This document shows positions 18,711 to 28,672 of a DNA stretch of 64,000 nt, piece after piece; position 1 is the stretch's first letter; the number at the start of each line of letters is the position of its first letter. This DNA comes from Promethearchaeota archaeon. GTDB taxonomy: Archaea > Asgardarchaeota > Lokiarchaeia > Sigyniarchaeales > SOKP01. The position numbers and the translations under genes are program-made. The notes under the pieces are model-generated. The model saw nothing but the letters and a program-made list of their open reading frames with translations, did no database searches and was not told the DNA's origin. The stretch covers positions 9,250 through 73,249 of the forward strand of contig JBHLNS010000011.1 in the NCBI GenBank assembly GCA_048941285.1. Direction: 5' to 3'.

Positions 18711-19757
18711 ATGGAAGAAAAGGAGAATCCACAACATGAGCAACCGTTTTTTGAGGAGATAATTAAGAAAACTAAAACTGGTATAACCTTTCCTAAAGCA
18801 TTAAGAGAGGAATTATTTGAGGAAGATGTTGATGTTTATTTTAGACTTGTTATTCCAAAAGATAAAAATAAAATTATTTTAGAATTTCTATCAGAAGAGG
18901 ATGCAAAAAAGGTCTCCGGGAAATTAAAGGATAAAAAACCTGTTACTATTTCTAAAACTCCAGATGGAGCAAAAATAGAAACTAGTCAAAAAACGGTAGG
19001 CATAAGCCCAGCTTGGGGTGAATATTTTGTATATGATTTTGAGGCAAAAGAAAAAGTCATCCCTATATTAGAATCTGCCTTTTATAAATTTGCAGAAACT
19101 CCTTTGAATTTAGAGGATGCTATGGGGCGTGTTAAATATGCCTTAGTATCTTTTCTTTCCTCAACAAAAACTGAAAATGCTAAACTGTATTTTGCGGTAG
19201 AAAAGTTCTTAATAGATATTATTGATAAATTTGACCAGCCAAATTTATTAGATTGGATTTTTGAAAAGATTATTCCTAACATTGAAAGTAATTTTCTTTA
19301 TGAACAAGCACTTTTAGAACTTGTTGAAGCAAGCTTAAAATTTAAAAGATGGGAAAAGGCAGAACTATATATATTTTATGTATTAAAAAATATCGACAGT
19401 TATGCTAAATCTGAGATGTATAATATAATGAATTCTTTTAAAATGCTGGTCAAAAAGATTAAATACGTTGAAAGATCGGATAAAATTGATATCTTACTTA
19501 AGGAAAAGTTACTCGAATATAGCGACGGAGTAGAGGATGCTGATTATAAAATTCAAATTATTGAATTCCTTGAAGATTTGCAATATATTGAACTTGCTTA
19601 TGATCTGGCAAAAAAAGTTCAGCTCAATTTACCTCCTGAGAGTATGAAAATAGAAGAGATCAGAAAATTAGTAAGACGATTACATATTACTCCTATTGGT
19701 GAAAATAAGCCAAATTCAAGTTTAAATTTTGAAGAAGACAAGGAACCTGAAGGCTAA
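18711..19757 (+). CDS. Hypothetical protein: AbrB-like N-terminal domain + alpha-solenoid
   Basis: GITFPKALREEL...FRLVI...KIILEF swapped-hairpin pattern; helical C-terminal half. Confidence 0.55.
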   Translation: MEEKENPQHEQPFFEEIIKKTKTGITFPKALREELFEEDVDVYFRLVIPKDKNKIILEFLSEEDAKKVSGKLKDKKPVTISKTPDGAKIETSQKTVGISPAWGEYFVYDFEAKEKVIPILESAFYKFAETPLNLEDAMGRVKYALVSFLSSTKTENAKLYFAVEKFLIDIIDKFDQPNLLDWIFEKIIPNIESNFLYEQALLELVEASLKFKRWEKAELYIFYVLKNIDSYAKSEMYNIMNSFKMLVKKIKYVERSDKIDILLKEKLLEYSDGVEDADYKIQIIEFLEDLQYIELAYDLAKKVQLNLPPESMKIEEIRKLVRRLHITPIGENKPNSSLNFEEDKEPEG

Positions 19758-20989
19758 TCAGGATTATCCTCCTTTTTATCTGATACTTTTTTAAGTTCTT
19801 CCTCAAGCCTTTTCTTCTCTTCATCTTTAATCTTTTGTTCTTTTTGTTCGATAGATTTTTGCTTAAGTTCTAATTCGACTTGAGAGAGTGCTTTTTCTTT
19901 TTCTATTAGCTCTTCCTTTAACTTTAAAGTTTTTTCTCTTTCTAAAATTTCTTTTTCCTCCAACTCTTTCTCTTTTTCTTCTAGGGCTAATTTCTTTTTC
20001 TTGATTTCTAAGTCTTTCTTTTTTAATTCAATTTCTTTATCAAATATTTCTTCCTCTTTTTTCTTCAATTTTTTAGGGATTTTCTTTTCTTTTTCATCTC
20101 CAATTTCACCTTCCTTTTCCAAGATTTCTTCTTTAAGTTTGAGGACTTCCTCCTTTTTTAGTATTACTTTTTCTTCAATTTCTTTCTCTTTTTCTTCTAA
20201 TTCTAATTTTTTCCTCTTTATTTCCAATTCTTTCTTCTTTAGCTCAAATTCTTTATCTAATATTTCCGACTCCTCTTTTTCTAATAGGGATCCTTTTTGT
20301 TCCTCTTCGAATGATTCGGTATCTTCTTCAACAATCTCTTCAATTTTATCTACAGAAACAATTGATTTTAATATTTCATCAATAAGATCCTTGATCTTCT
20401 CATTATCAGGTACTTCTGCAACTTCTTTAGCATATTCAGTCAAAATTTTTGTCATTAGTTTAGGAGATTTTATCCCTATAATTTTTAAAGTCTGAAGTGC
20501 TTTTTCTACTACAAATTCTTTTTCATCATTTAATCTTAACAAAATTGCTTTAATAAGAGACTCTTCCTCTATTATGGCTTCTCCACCAGCCATATAGATT
20601 AGTAATTGTAAAGCAGCCTCTCGAACATTTGGATCATCTGAATTTACTAAATCTTCACTATACGGAAGAAAGAGTTCACATTCTTTTTCACAAATTGTTT
20701 TAAGGAGTAGTAAAAATGTGAAGCGTAGCACTGGATCGCGTTTCGATAAATGTTCTAATAAAGATGGTATATCTATTACCATATTTTCAATAAGGAAACG
20801 TAATACTGTACGGCCACCATGCAATGTTAGAAGTGTTTCTATTACATTTTCAAGTCTATCCAAAAAATCATTATCTTTAGCATCTCCAATATAGAGTGCG
20901 ATTATATTAGCAGCATCATCAAATCTCCCATCTTTTACAAAATCTTTTATTTGAACAATTTCTACCGCTTCTTTTTCAGTATCATTCAT
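19754..20989 (-). CDS. HEAT/ARM-repeat protein with long E/K coiled-coil tail
   Basis: DDPNVREAAL, LNDEKEFVVEKAL; charged tail with internal duplication. Confidence 0.8.
   Translation of the reverse strand: MNDTEKEAVEIVQIKDFVKDGRFDDAANIIALYIGDAKDNDFLDRLENVIETLLTLHGGRTVLRFLIENMVIDIPSLLEHLSKRDPVLRFTFLLLLKTICEKECELFLPYSEDLVNSDDPNVREAALQLLIYMAGGEAIIEEESLIKAILLRLNDEKEFVVEKALQTLKIIGIKSPKLMTKILTEYAKEVAEVPDNEKIKDLIDEILKSIVSVDKIEEIVEEDTESFEEEQKGSLLEKEESEILDKEFELKKKELEIKRKKLELEEKEKEIEEKVILKKEEVLKLKEEILEKEGEIGDEKEKKIPKKLKKKEEEIFDKEIELKKKDLEIKKKKLALEEKEKELEEKEILEREKTLKLKEELIEKEKALSQVELELKQKSIEQKEQKIKDEEKKRLEEELKKVSDKKEDNPD
19895..20266 (-). repeat. Intragenic duplication in the coiled coil, 216-nt (72-aa) period
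   Basis: EILDKEFELKKKELEIKRKKLELEEKEKE vs EIFDKEIELKKKDLEIKKKKLALEEKEKE. Confidence 0.8.
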
Positions 20990-21021
20990 AATATCACCAT
21001 TATTTTTTATATCTTGTTAAA

Positions 21022-21975
21022 TTAAATCCAAATTATATAATATTCGGTATATATTCGGGTTGCAAAATTAAAGATTAATCTTAAGTCTCGATATCTAAGT
21101 TTTGATTTATTACCTTCTTCAGTATAGTTATTTGTTAAGAGACTTACATATAACATAATTTCTAAATTTTGATTCTTGTCCTCATATAAACTTATCTGAT
21201 CACAGTATTGTGTTAATGCATTTAGATCTTCCCAAAACGTATTCCAAAAATATTGATCTGCTTTGGAATTTTTATCTTGGAGAGGGTCTCGTGAAATTTT
21301 CGTCAGTATCTCATAAGGAACTTTAAGAGAAATTTCGACATGTTTAGAAGGAATAAATGCTAATTTTACTTCGGGAAAATAAATTTGTGCATAAAGTTGA
21401 CAAATACCATTGAGTAATTCAAGACTCGTGATATTTTCGCGAGTTGCATTACAAAGAACATATTTCTCATTTAAATATACAACATGAATACGATCTTCAA
21501 ACCTAAAAATTAAATAGTTATCAGTTTTAAAATAATCAAATTTTTCATTCCTATTATGAATTCTGTCATCAAATATTTTGAATGCTTCTTCCAATTTATT
21601 AAGAGAGATAAATTTATTTAACTTACGATAATCTCCATGGAAAAATACATCTAAAAAATCTAATAAATATAAATATGCATCAAAAGGTCTATATATAACT
21701 GTTTTATTCCTAAAAAACCTCTCAACAACTCCTTTATGAACACTATAACAGAATTTTGGCAAATCCTCTATCGTAAGTCCACTTTTAATACGTAGTTTTA
21801 ATAGATGTCGCCTGGAACATTTTGGCTGTAATGTACAAGCTATTCTATCTGGCTGACACTCCTCAAAACATAACGAATCTATAGTATTTCGCAGTAAATC
21901 AATCAGTTCTGATTTATTTTTTGTATCTGATTCATTATCTAAGTATTTTAAAATATCACTGGAATGTAATGGCAT
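21022..21975 (-). CDS. Conserved hypothetical protein with N-terminal Cys cluster
   Basis: C-x3-C-x6-C-x5-C...FC; long ORF. Confidence 0.75.
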   Translation of the reverse strand: MPLHSSDILKYLDNESDTKNKSELIDLLRNTIDSLCFEECQPDRIACTLQPKCSRRHLLKLRIKSGLTIEDLPKFCYSVHKGVVERFFRNKTVIYRPFDAYLYLLDFLDVFFHGDYRKLNKFISLNKLEEAFKIFDDRIHNRNEKFDYFKTDNYLIFRFEDRIHVVYLNEKYVLCNATRENITSLELLNGICQLYAQIYFPEVKLAFIPSKHVEISLKVPYEILTKISRDPLQDKNSKADQYFWNTFWEDLNALTQYCDQISLYEDKNQNLEIMLYVSLLTNNYTEEGNKSKLRYRDLRLIFNFATRIYTEYYIIWI

Positions 21976-22173
21976 CGGTGAAAATTTCTTATTTATAGTT
22001 TTATTTACCTTTTCTATAAAATTAAAATTATTAAAATCTAATATTCTTTATTATTCTTCTAAATCAGAAGAAAAAAATTAACATTCATTTAATTATAAAA
22101 AATTATTAATTAACGATTCTTCTATTTTTATAATAATAAACATGTCCAATTACTATAATTAGGTTCAAAGCAT

Positions 22174-23757
22174 ATGTTACGGCAAATTCACATCTTTTTA
22201 CAATCAGAATTATTGTTTGTTAAAAATTATGCCATGGCTCTAGGGAATGAGGAATTAAAAAATGTGAAAGCTATAATACAAAAATACATCGATATGCCTA
22301 TGCCAGGAAAAACATTTCAGAGAGCTGTATCTAACTTCCAAATTTTTCATAGAGCATATGAGAAATTATACTTTCTATTTATAACGGATATCGTCGATAC
22401 TCTTCAATATATTGATAAAATAATACAAAAAACAATTGAGATATTTAATCAACTTTTTCCGAATCCATCGGATGTGAACCAACCTGGTTCAGCGAAGGAA
22501 GAATTTAACCATTTTTTGGATCAGATTCAAAAAGAGATTCATTCAAAGATTGCGATAATTGGTCCGGCATATTCTGGTAAAACCACTCTTTATAATATGC
22601 TAAAAAGTGACGAAGTAAATTTGCCTTCGGATTTTGCAGAAACTTCAACTTTAGAGATTGATGGGATATGGTTTGATTTATGGGATTTCCAATTAAAAGA
22701 TAATTTTTCTCTTTTATGGTCGAAATTTGTACGTGGATCTGATTTAATAATCCTGCTTTTTAATTTAGCAAATTATAATTTAAAGATGATCAATTTCTTT
22801 CTAAAATTACATAAAAATGAGACTAATTATTCAAAATTATTGATTGTTGGGAATAAACGGGATTTAGTAGAAGATGCTGATCTAAAAAGAATTAGAAATG
22901 AATTGAGTATTCCCGATTTTAAAGAAATCTCTTTAAACTCCGCTGAAGCAAAATCTGAGATTCTTCGATATATTATTGAGATTCTTGGCTTAAAAGAAGA
23001 ATTCCCTAAAAAATTTGAAGAAACTTTAAAAGATGCAGATAAATTAGTCAGGGAAGGAAAAAGGGTTCAAGGTTTAGCAAAATATAAAGAATTAATGGCA
23101 CTTAGTGAATCATATCAAAATATTATGTTTACAAAAACTTTGGAACAGAAAATTGAAGAGCTTAACAAAAAAATTAAAGAAGACACAAATAAAAGAAAAG
23201 AATTTGAAAAAGCAAAAGAATTCGAGGTTGCAAAACCTTTAATTTTTACGCGGAAAGTTACAGTTAAACCGTTACCTGCTCCAACACTTTCAGGTAAATC
23301 ACAAGATCAGGAAATTTTAGAAGAAGAATTACCACCGCCACCAGTAAGAGCTCCAAAGAAATTGGTATCATTTCAAAAACTTGAAAAAGAAACAGATATT
23401 ACACCTCTAAAAATTACTAAACCCCCTTTAAAAATTATTAAAAAAATTCTACCTCCTAAAGATGTTCAAAATGACATTCCTTCCGTTGTGAAAACTGATA
23501 CCATAAAGCCTAGAGCAAAAATGCCAATGGAATTATTTGAACCACACGAAGATATAAAAAAAGAAATGGATAAACCTCTAATTATAGATTTTACCAAAGA
23601 ACTACAAAAAATTATAACCGAAAAAGGAAGTTCTCTTAGTTTGACTTTATGTGAGAAATTAATAACAGAATTGCAAAAATCTCTAGAAAGACCCTTAACA
23701 ATTGAAGATGTTAAATTAGCTGGCGAATTTTTCGTTAAACAAGAAAACCTATCTTAG
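22174..23757 (+). CDS. Longin domain - Ras-like small GTPase fusion with helical bundle, Pro-rich linker and C-terminal helical domain
   Basis: MLRQIHIF...LYFLFITD longin pattern; G1 GPAYSGKTT, degenerate G3 WDFQ, G4 NKRD. Confidence 0.8.
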   Translation: MLRQIHIFLQSELLFVKNYAMALGNEELKNVKAIIQKYIDMPMPGKTFQRAVSNFQIFHRAYEKLYFLFITDIVDTLQYIDKIIQKTIEIFNQLFPNPSDVNQPGSAKEEFNHFLDQIQKEIHSKIAIIGPAYSGKTTLYNMLKSDEVNLPSDFAETSTLEIDGIWFDLWDFQLKDNFSLLWSKFVRGSDLIILLFNLANYNLKMINFFLKLHKNETNYSKLLIVGNKRDLVEDADLKRIRNELSIPDFKEISLNSAEAKSEILRYIIEILGLKEEFPKKFEETLKDADKLVREGKRVQGLAKYKELMALSESYQNIMFTKTLEQKIEELNKKIKEDTNKRKEFEKAKEFEVAKPLIFTRKVTVKPLPAPTLSGKSQDQEILEEELPPPPVRAPKKLVSFQKLEKETDITPLKITKPPLKIIKKILPPKDVQNDIPSVVKTDTIKPRAKMPMELFEPHEDIKKEMDKPLIIDFTKELQKIITEKGSSLSLTLCEKLITELQKSLERPLTIEDVKLAGEFFVKQENLS

Positions 23758-23930
23758 TAAGAACGACATTTTCTTTAGAATGTTTAAAGATGTGTTGTTA
23801 GTTCAATATTAGTTCAGCACAAGGTTCTTTTTAAGGAATTCTATATTCGAATAATTAATAGCATATTTTTTATGGAAAAATTTAGCTATATTCGACGATA
23901 AATAAATTAATTCTAAACGAGATTTTAAAA

Positions 23931-25427
23931 ATGAGTGGTATTAAAGAACTTCGTGAATACTTCACAGAATTAATGAGATTGAATTATATCCAAGCCTTGC
24001 TTGGGTGGGATCAGGAAGTTAATATGATGAATTATAAATCTGTTAAAGGAAGGTCAGAACAGCGAGCACTTATGACACAACTAATTCACAAACGATTAAT
24101 CTCAGAAAAAGCAGGATCCTTAATAAAAAAGGCTGGAAAATTAAAAGATCTTAACGATATTGACGCAGCAATGCTTCGAGAAGCTAAAAGGGCATATGAT
24201 CAAGAAATAAAACTACCAGAAGAATTAGTAACTGAAATATCAAAAACTGCAAGTTTAGCTCAACAAACATGGCAAAAGGCAAGACAAGAAAAAGACTTTA
24301 AATCCTTTGTTCCTTTATTGGAAAAAACTATTGAACTTCAGAGAGAAAAAGCAGATAAGCTTGGAACTCATCCAGATTTATATTCTACTCTAATAGATTT
24401 ATATGAACCGGGAGCAACTTATAATTCAATTGCTAAAGTTTTCAATCCAATAAAACCCAAACTAAGTGATATTGTAAAGAAATTTAATTCTTCATCAAAT
24501 AAACCTGATGATTCAATATTACATAAAAATTATGATATTGATAAACAATTTGCCCTTAGTTTTGAGTTAATCAAAAAATTTAATTTTGATATTGGTTTTG
24601 GGCGTCAAGATAGATCAACTCATCCATTTACTCAAACCCTAGCTCCATTAGATGTGAGAATTACCACCAGAACCACACAGGATTTTCTGAATGAATGCAT
24701 TTTTGGAACTATACATGAATGTGGTCATGCACTTTATGAAATGGGCATTAAAGAAGAATTACATGATACGATCTTATGCACTGGTACCTCAATGGGAATA
24801 CACGAATCTCAATCACGGACATTAGAAAACTATGTAGGACGTAGCAAAGAATTCTGGTTATATTGGTATCCAACTTTTCAAAAATATTTCCCTGAAATAT
24901 TAAAAAATTATCCAATAGAAGAATTTTACCGTGCCATAAATGTTGTTAAACCTTCATTTATAAGAGTAAATGCAGATGAAGTAACTTATGGATTACATAT
25001 TATTCTTAGATTTGAGTTAGAAAAAGATATCATTGATGGAAAAATTCAAATAAATGAATTAGCTGATATATGGAATACACGTTTTGAAGAATTATTAGGA
25101 ATTGGACCTCCTGATGATGCACTGGGTGTATTACAAGATATACATTGGGGTATGGGGTATATTGGATACTTCCCAACTTACTTCTTAGGCACTTTATATG
25201 GAGCTCAAATCTATAACTACGCTTTAAAAGAAAATCCAAAATTACCTGAAGAGTACAAGAAAGGTGAATTTTCTAATATAGTAAAATACTTAAAAGAAAA
25301 TATTCATCAACATGGTGCAGTTTATAGGGCTGACGATTTAATAAAAAGAGTTACTGGTGAGGAATTAAATCCTGATTACTTCTTCAAATACGTAGAGAAA
25401 AAATTTTATCCGATATATGGATTGTAA
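23931..25427 (+). CDS. Carboxypeptidase, M32 family, copy 1
   Basis: LLGWDQE, HPF, HECGH, HESQ, IRVNADE, GVLQDIHW, YFPTY. Confidence 0.96.
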   Translation: MSGIKELREYFTELMRLNYIQALLGWDQEVNMMNYKSVKGRSEQRALMTQLIHKRLISEKAGSLIKKAGKLKDLNDIDAAMLREAKRAYDQEIKLPEELVTEISKTASLAQQTWQKARQEKDFKSFVPLLEKTIELQREKADKLGTHPDLYSTLIDLYEPGATYNSIAKVFNPIKPKLSDIVKKFNSSSNKPDDSILHKNYDIDKQFALSFELIKKFNFDIGFGRQDRSTHPFTQTLAPLDVRITTRTTQDFLNECIFGTIHECGHALYEMGIKEELHDTILCTGTSMGIHESQSRTLENYVGRSKEFWLYWYPTFQKYFPEILKNYPIEEFYRAINVVKPSFIRVNADEVTYGLHIILRFELEKDIIDGKIQINELADIWNTRFEELLGIGPPDDALGVLQDIHWGMGYIGYFPTYFLGTLYGAQIYNYALKENPKLPEEYKKGEFSNIVKYLKENIHQHGAVYRADDLIKRVTGEELNPDYFFKYVEKKFYPIYGL

Positions 25428-25580
25428 TATTAGTTTTTGATCATTAAACTTAAATTTCTTTTTTTTGTATTATAGCTTTAAACGCCTAATTTGAGACCTA
25501 TAAAACCGAAACCTTTTTGTAGAAAATTACCTAGCATTCTCTATACATCTTTTACATAATAATTATAAAATGGTTAAATT

Positions 25581-27071
25581 ATGAATGCAATAAAGGAACT
25601 TTGGGAGCATTTTAATGAAATAATGCAATTATCTTATATTGGTGCCCTTCTAGGTTGGGATCAACAAGTTAGTATGCCTAAAGGCTCAGTAAAAGGAAGA
25701 GCAGATCAAATGGCACTAATGAGAGGATTAATTCATTCACGAATAAAATCTGAAAAAACAGGTAAATTAATAAAGACTGCTGAAAAATTAAGCGGCCTTA
25801 CTGAAATTGATCAAGCAATGATACGTGAAGCAAAAAGAGAATATGACCAAGCGGTTAAAATTCCTGATGATTTAGTATCAGAAATTGCTAGAACTTCATC
25901 TTTGGGGCATATTGAATGGGAAAAAGCTAGGGCAAAAAGTGATTTTTCAATTTTCAAACCGTATCTTGAGAAAATAATTAGCTTAAGAATAGAATATGCT
26001 GAAAAACTTGGTACTGGTCCAACCTTATACTCAACATTATTAGATTTATTTGAGCCTGGTTCTACTTACGATTGGACATTGAAAATCTTTAATGGATTGA
26101 AACCTAAATTAGTTAAGATAGTTGATAAATTAAATAGTGCATCTGATAAACCAACCCAATCAATTTTAAAGAAAAAATATGATGCTGAAAAGCAGTGGCA
26201 AATAAGTCTTGAAATAATAAAAAAAATGAATTTTGATTTTAACACAGGACGCCAAGACAAAGCAACACACCCTTTCACTACCTCATTATCATCAATAGAT
26301 ACGAGAATTACAACTAGAATAAGAGAGGACTTTCTTCCTGATTGTCTTTTCTCAACAATTCATGAATGTGGTCATGCTCTATACCAAATGGGCTTTAAAG
26401 AAGAAATTCATGGAACATTATTAGCTGATGGATGTTCAATGGGTATTCATGAATCTCAATCTAGAATGTGGGAAAATATAGTTGGGCGTAGTAAGGAATT
26501 TTGGAAATATTGGTATCCAATTTTTCAGAAAACTTTTCCAGAAAATTTGAATAGCTACTCAATGGAAGAATTTCATCGATCCATAAATGTGGTACAACCA
26601 TCATTTATCCGTGTAGATGCAGATGAGGTAACCTATGGATTACATATTATTTTACGATTTGAACTAGAGAAAATGATAATAGAAGACAATCTTCAAGCAA
26701 GTGAATTGCCAGAATTATGGAATACAAAAATGGAAGAATTATTAGGAATTATACCACCTAACGACGCTTTGGGTGTTCTGCAAGATGTTCACTGGACATC
26801 GGGATTTGGGTATTTTCCTTCATATTCTTTAGGTAATCTTTATGCTGCTCAAATATATAATCAAATATTGAAAGAAGATCCTTCCTTACCTCAAAATTAC
26901 GAGAAAGGTGAATTTTTGAGCCTCTTAAAACACTTAAAAGAAAAAGTCCACCAATATGGCAGGATTTACAGAGCTCCAGAATTAATTAAGAAAATTACAG
27001 GTGAAGATTTAAATCCTGATTACTTTATTAACTATGTTGAAGAAAAATATTATCCTATTTATGGGATTTAA
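25581..27071 (+). CDS. Carboxypeptidase, M32 family, copy 2
   Basis: Same motif set (HECGH, HESQ, IRVDADE, QDVHW, YFPSY). Confidence 0.96.
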   Translation: MNAIKELWEHFNEIMQLSYIGALLGWDQQVSMPKGSVKGRADQMALMRGLIHSRIKSEKTGKLIKTAEKLSGLTEIDQAMIREAKREYDQAVKIPDDLVSEIARTSSLGHIEWEKARAKSDFSIFKPYLEKIISLRIEYAEKLGTGPTLYSTLLDLFEPGSTYDWTLKIFNGLKPKLVKIVDKLNSASDKPTQSILKKKYDAEKQWQISLEIIKKMNFDFNTGRQDKATHPFTTSLSSIDTRITTRIREDFLPDCLFSTIHECGHALYQMGFKEEIHGTLLADGCSMGIHESQSRMWENIVGRSKEFWKYWYPIFQKTFPENLNSYSMEEFHRSINVVQPSFIRVDADEVTYGLHIILRFELEKMIIEDNLQASELPELWNTKMEELLGIIPPNDALGVLQDVHWTSGFGYFPSYSLGNLYAAQIYNQILKEDPSLPQNYEKGEFLSLLKHLKEKVHQYGRIYRAPELIKKITGEDLNPDYFINYVEEKYYPIYGI

Positions 27072-27171
27072 AATTTTTTTTTATTGTGTGAAATAGTAGG
27101 CAAAACTTTATTTTTATATAATCTTAATTTTAAGAAACGATTGAAATTAATGTGATAAATAAGATTGTAAT

Positions 27172-27777
27172 ATGCTATTACAGATAAAAAAAGTTTCTGA
27201 AAAATTATTACTTCCTTTGGGTAAAAAATTAACTAAAATACCAGCGAATTATTTTACCCTATTCGGTTTATTTTCTGCAGTCATTACATTTTTTGGATTC
27301 ATTTTTCATTGGCTAATTATAATTATCATTTTTCTCTTCATTACCGAGTTTTTTGATCAATTAGATGGTGTAGTGGCTAGACTTCAAGGCCCTACAATAT
27401 TAGGAAGTTTTTTGGACTCTACATTGGACAGAATTGGAGATTTTTTCTTATTTATTGGTATTATTATTGGAAGCTATACAACAATTGAAGTGGGTTTTTT
27501 AGTTCTTCTAGGAGCATTCTTAACCTCATATACTAGAGCTAAAATTGAAGCCTTGGGAATTGATAATTTATATGGTGTTGGAATACTAGAAAGAACAGAT
27601 CGCATTCCTATATTGTTTATAGGATCGATATTTCAGATTTGGTTTACAAGTGCTATATGGTGGACCATGGTAATTTTAGCGGTTGGGACAAATATAACAG
27701 CCCTTCATAGAATTATTTATGCTTTTCGTAAATTTTCTAAAAACAACGTAATAGAAAAAAAAAAAAAAATTGAATGA
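27172..27777 (+). CDS. CDP-alcohol phosphatidyltransferase (archaetidylinositol-phosphate synthase-like)
   Basis: DQLDGVVAR...GSFLDSTLDR signature; SYTRAK, ERTDR. Confidence 0.9.
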   Translation: MLLQIKKVSEKLLLPLGKKLTKIPANYFTLFGLFSAVITFFGFIFHWLIIIIIFLFITEFFDQLDGVVARLQGPTILGSFLDSTLDRIGDFFLFIGIIIGSYTTIEVGFLVLLGAFLTSYTRAKIEALGIDNLYGVGILERTDRIPILFIGSIFQIWFTSAIWWTMVILAVGTNITALHRIIYAFRKFSKNNVIEKKKKIE

Positions 27778-27778
27778 C

Positions 27779-27967
27779 TTAGGTTTTAGTTTTCACTCTG
27801 TTGATCTTTTTTCTGAATACCAATACTATAAAAATAATTGTGGGAAATAATAAAATTATTAACCAAGAAAGAATTGTTTCTGGAAGAATGAGAGTAGCAT
27901 CAAAGATCTGTGGTGTCATGGTAATCCAATTCTCCACAATCTGCCTTGGAGGCATCAAAATTACCAT
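27779..27967 (-). CDS. Possible small single-TM protein
   Basis: TM segment followed by a basic tail; downstream of the ABC permease. Confidence 0.35.
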   Translation of the reverse strand: MVILMPPRQIVENWITMTPQIFDATLILPETILSWLIILLFPTIIFIVLVFRKKINRVKTKT

Positions 27968-28009
27968 AATTAATGAATTAATATAATCCTAGCATAGGTA
28001 TTGAATATT

Positions 28010-28672
28010 TCAAAATTGTTTTCTACTAAATAGTAAGAGATTTAACCCCATAATGATAGTCGTTAGAGTTATTCCTAGGGTTAATGCTAATAATTGAGGA
28101 TTTAAGGCTTCTATAAAGATTGTAGGTAAAATGATAAGAGTTGATAATTGACTGCCTAAATAAACTGATAAAATTGCTGCGACAGGAACAGATGAGACTA
28201 AAACACCAAAGAAAATACCAATTGAACAAGTAATAGCCATTGAAGACATACCGGTAATTAAATATTCAATAGTTAAATTCCACTCAATTCCAGTTAAATT
28301 GCCAGCAATTCCATCAATTACAAGACCTATTGCGAGCGAAATTGATATGGCAATAACTAGACATGAATATACCGCAAGAAATTTGGCTAAGAGTAAACTA
28401 CTACGTTTTACTGGTCTTATTAGAAATAGTTCATAAACATGACGATTTTTTTCATTAACAATTGAGGTACTCAACATTATCGCAGATAAAGTGCCTCCTA
28501 TACTTGAAACAACTATGGATACCAAAAGTGAAATAGGCATTCCTTCCATTTGAGTTGGATCTATAAATTGTAATAGAAATGACAATATAGGTAATCCAAA
28601 CCATAATACAATCATTACTTTGGATTTTGCATATCCCTTCCATTCATCTATAAAAAGTAGTAATAAACTCAT
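28010..28672 (-). CDS. ABC-2 type exporter permease
   Basis: SIVNEKN...LIRPVKRSSLLLAKFL; six TM. Confidence 0.88.
   Translation of the reverse strand: MSLLLLFIDEWKGYAKSKVMIVLWFGLPILSFLLQFIDPTQMEGMPISLLVSIVVSSIGGTLSAIMLSTSIVNEKNRHVYELFLIRPVKRSSLLLAKFLAVYSCLVIAISISLAIGLVIDGIAGNLTGIEWNLTIEYLITGMSSMAITCSIGIFFGVLVSSVPVAAILSVYLGSQLSTLIILPTIFIEALNPQLLALTLGITLTTIIMGLNLLLFSRKQF

Noticed and set aside
20001-20495. 164-aa Ser/Phe-rich ORF on the + strand
   Set aside because: Antisense shadow of the GAA/AAA-rich coiled-coil gene.
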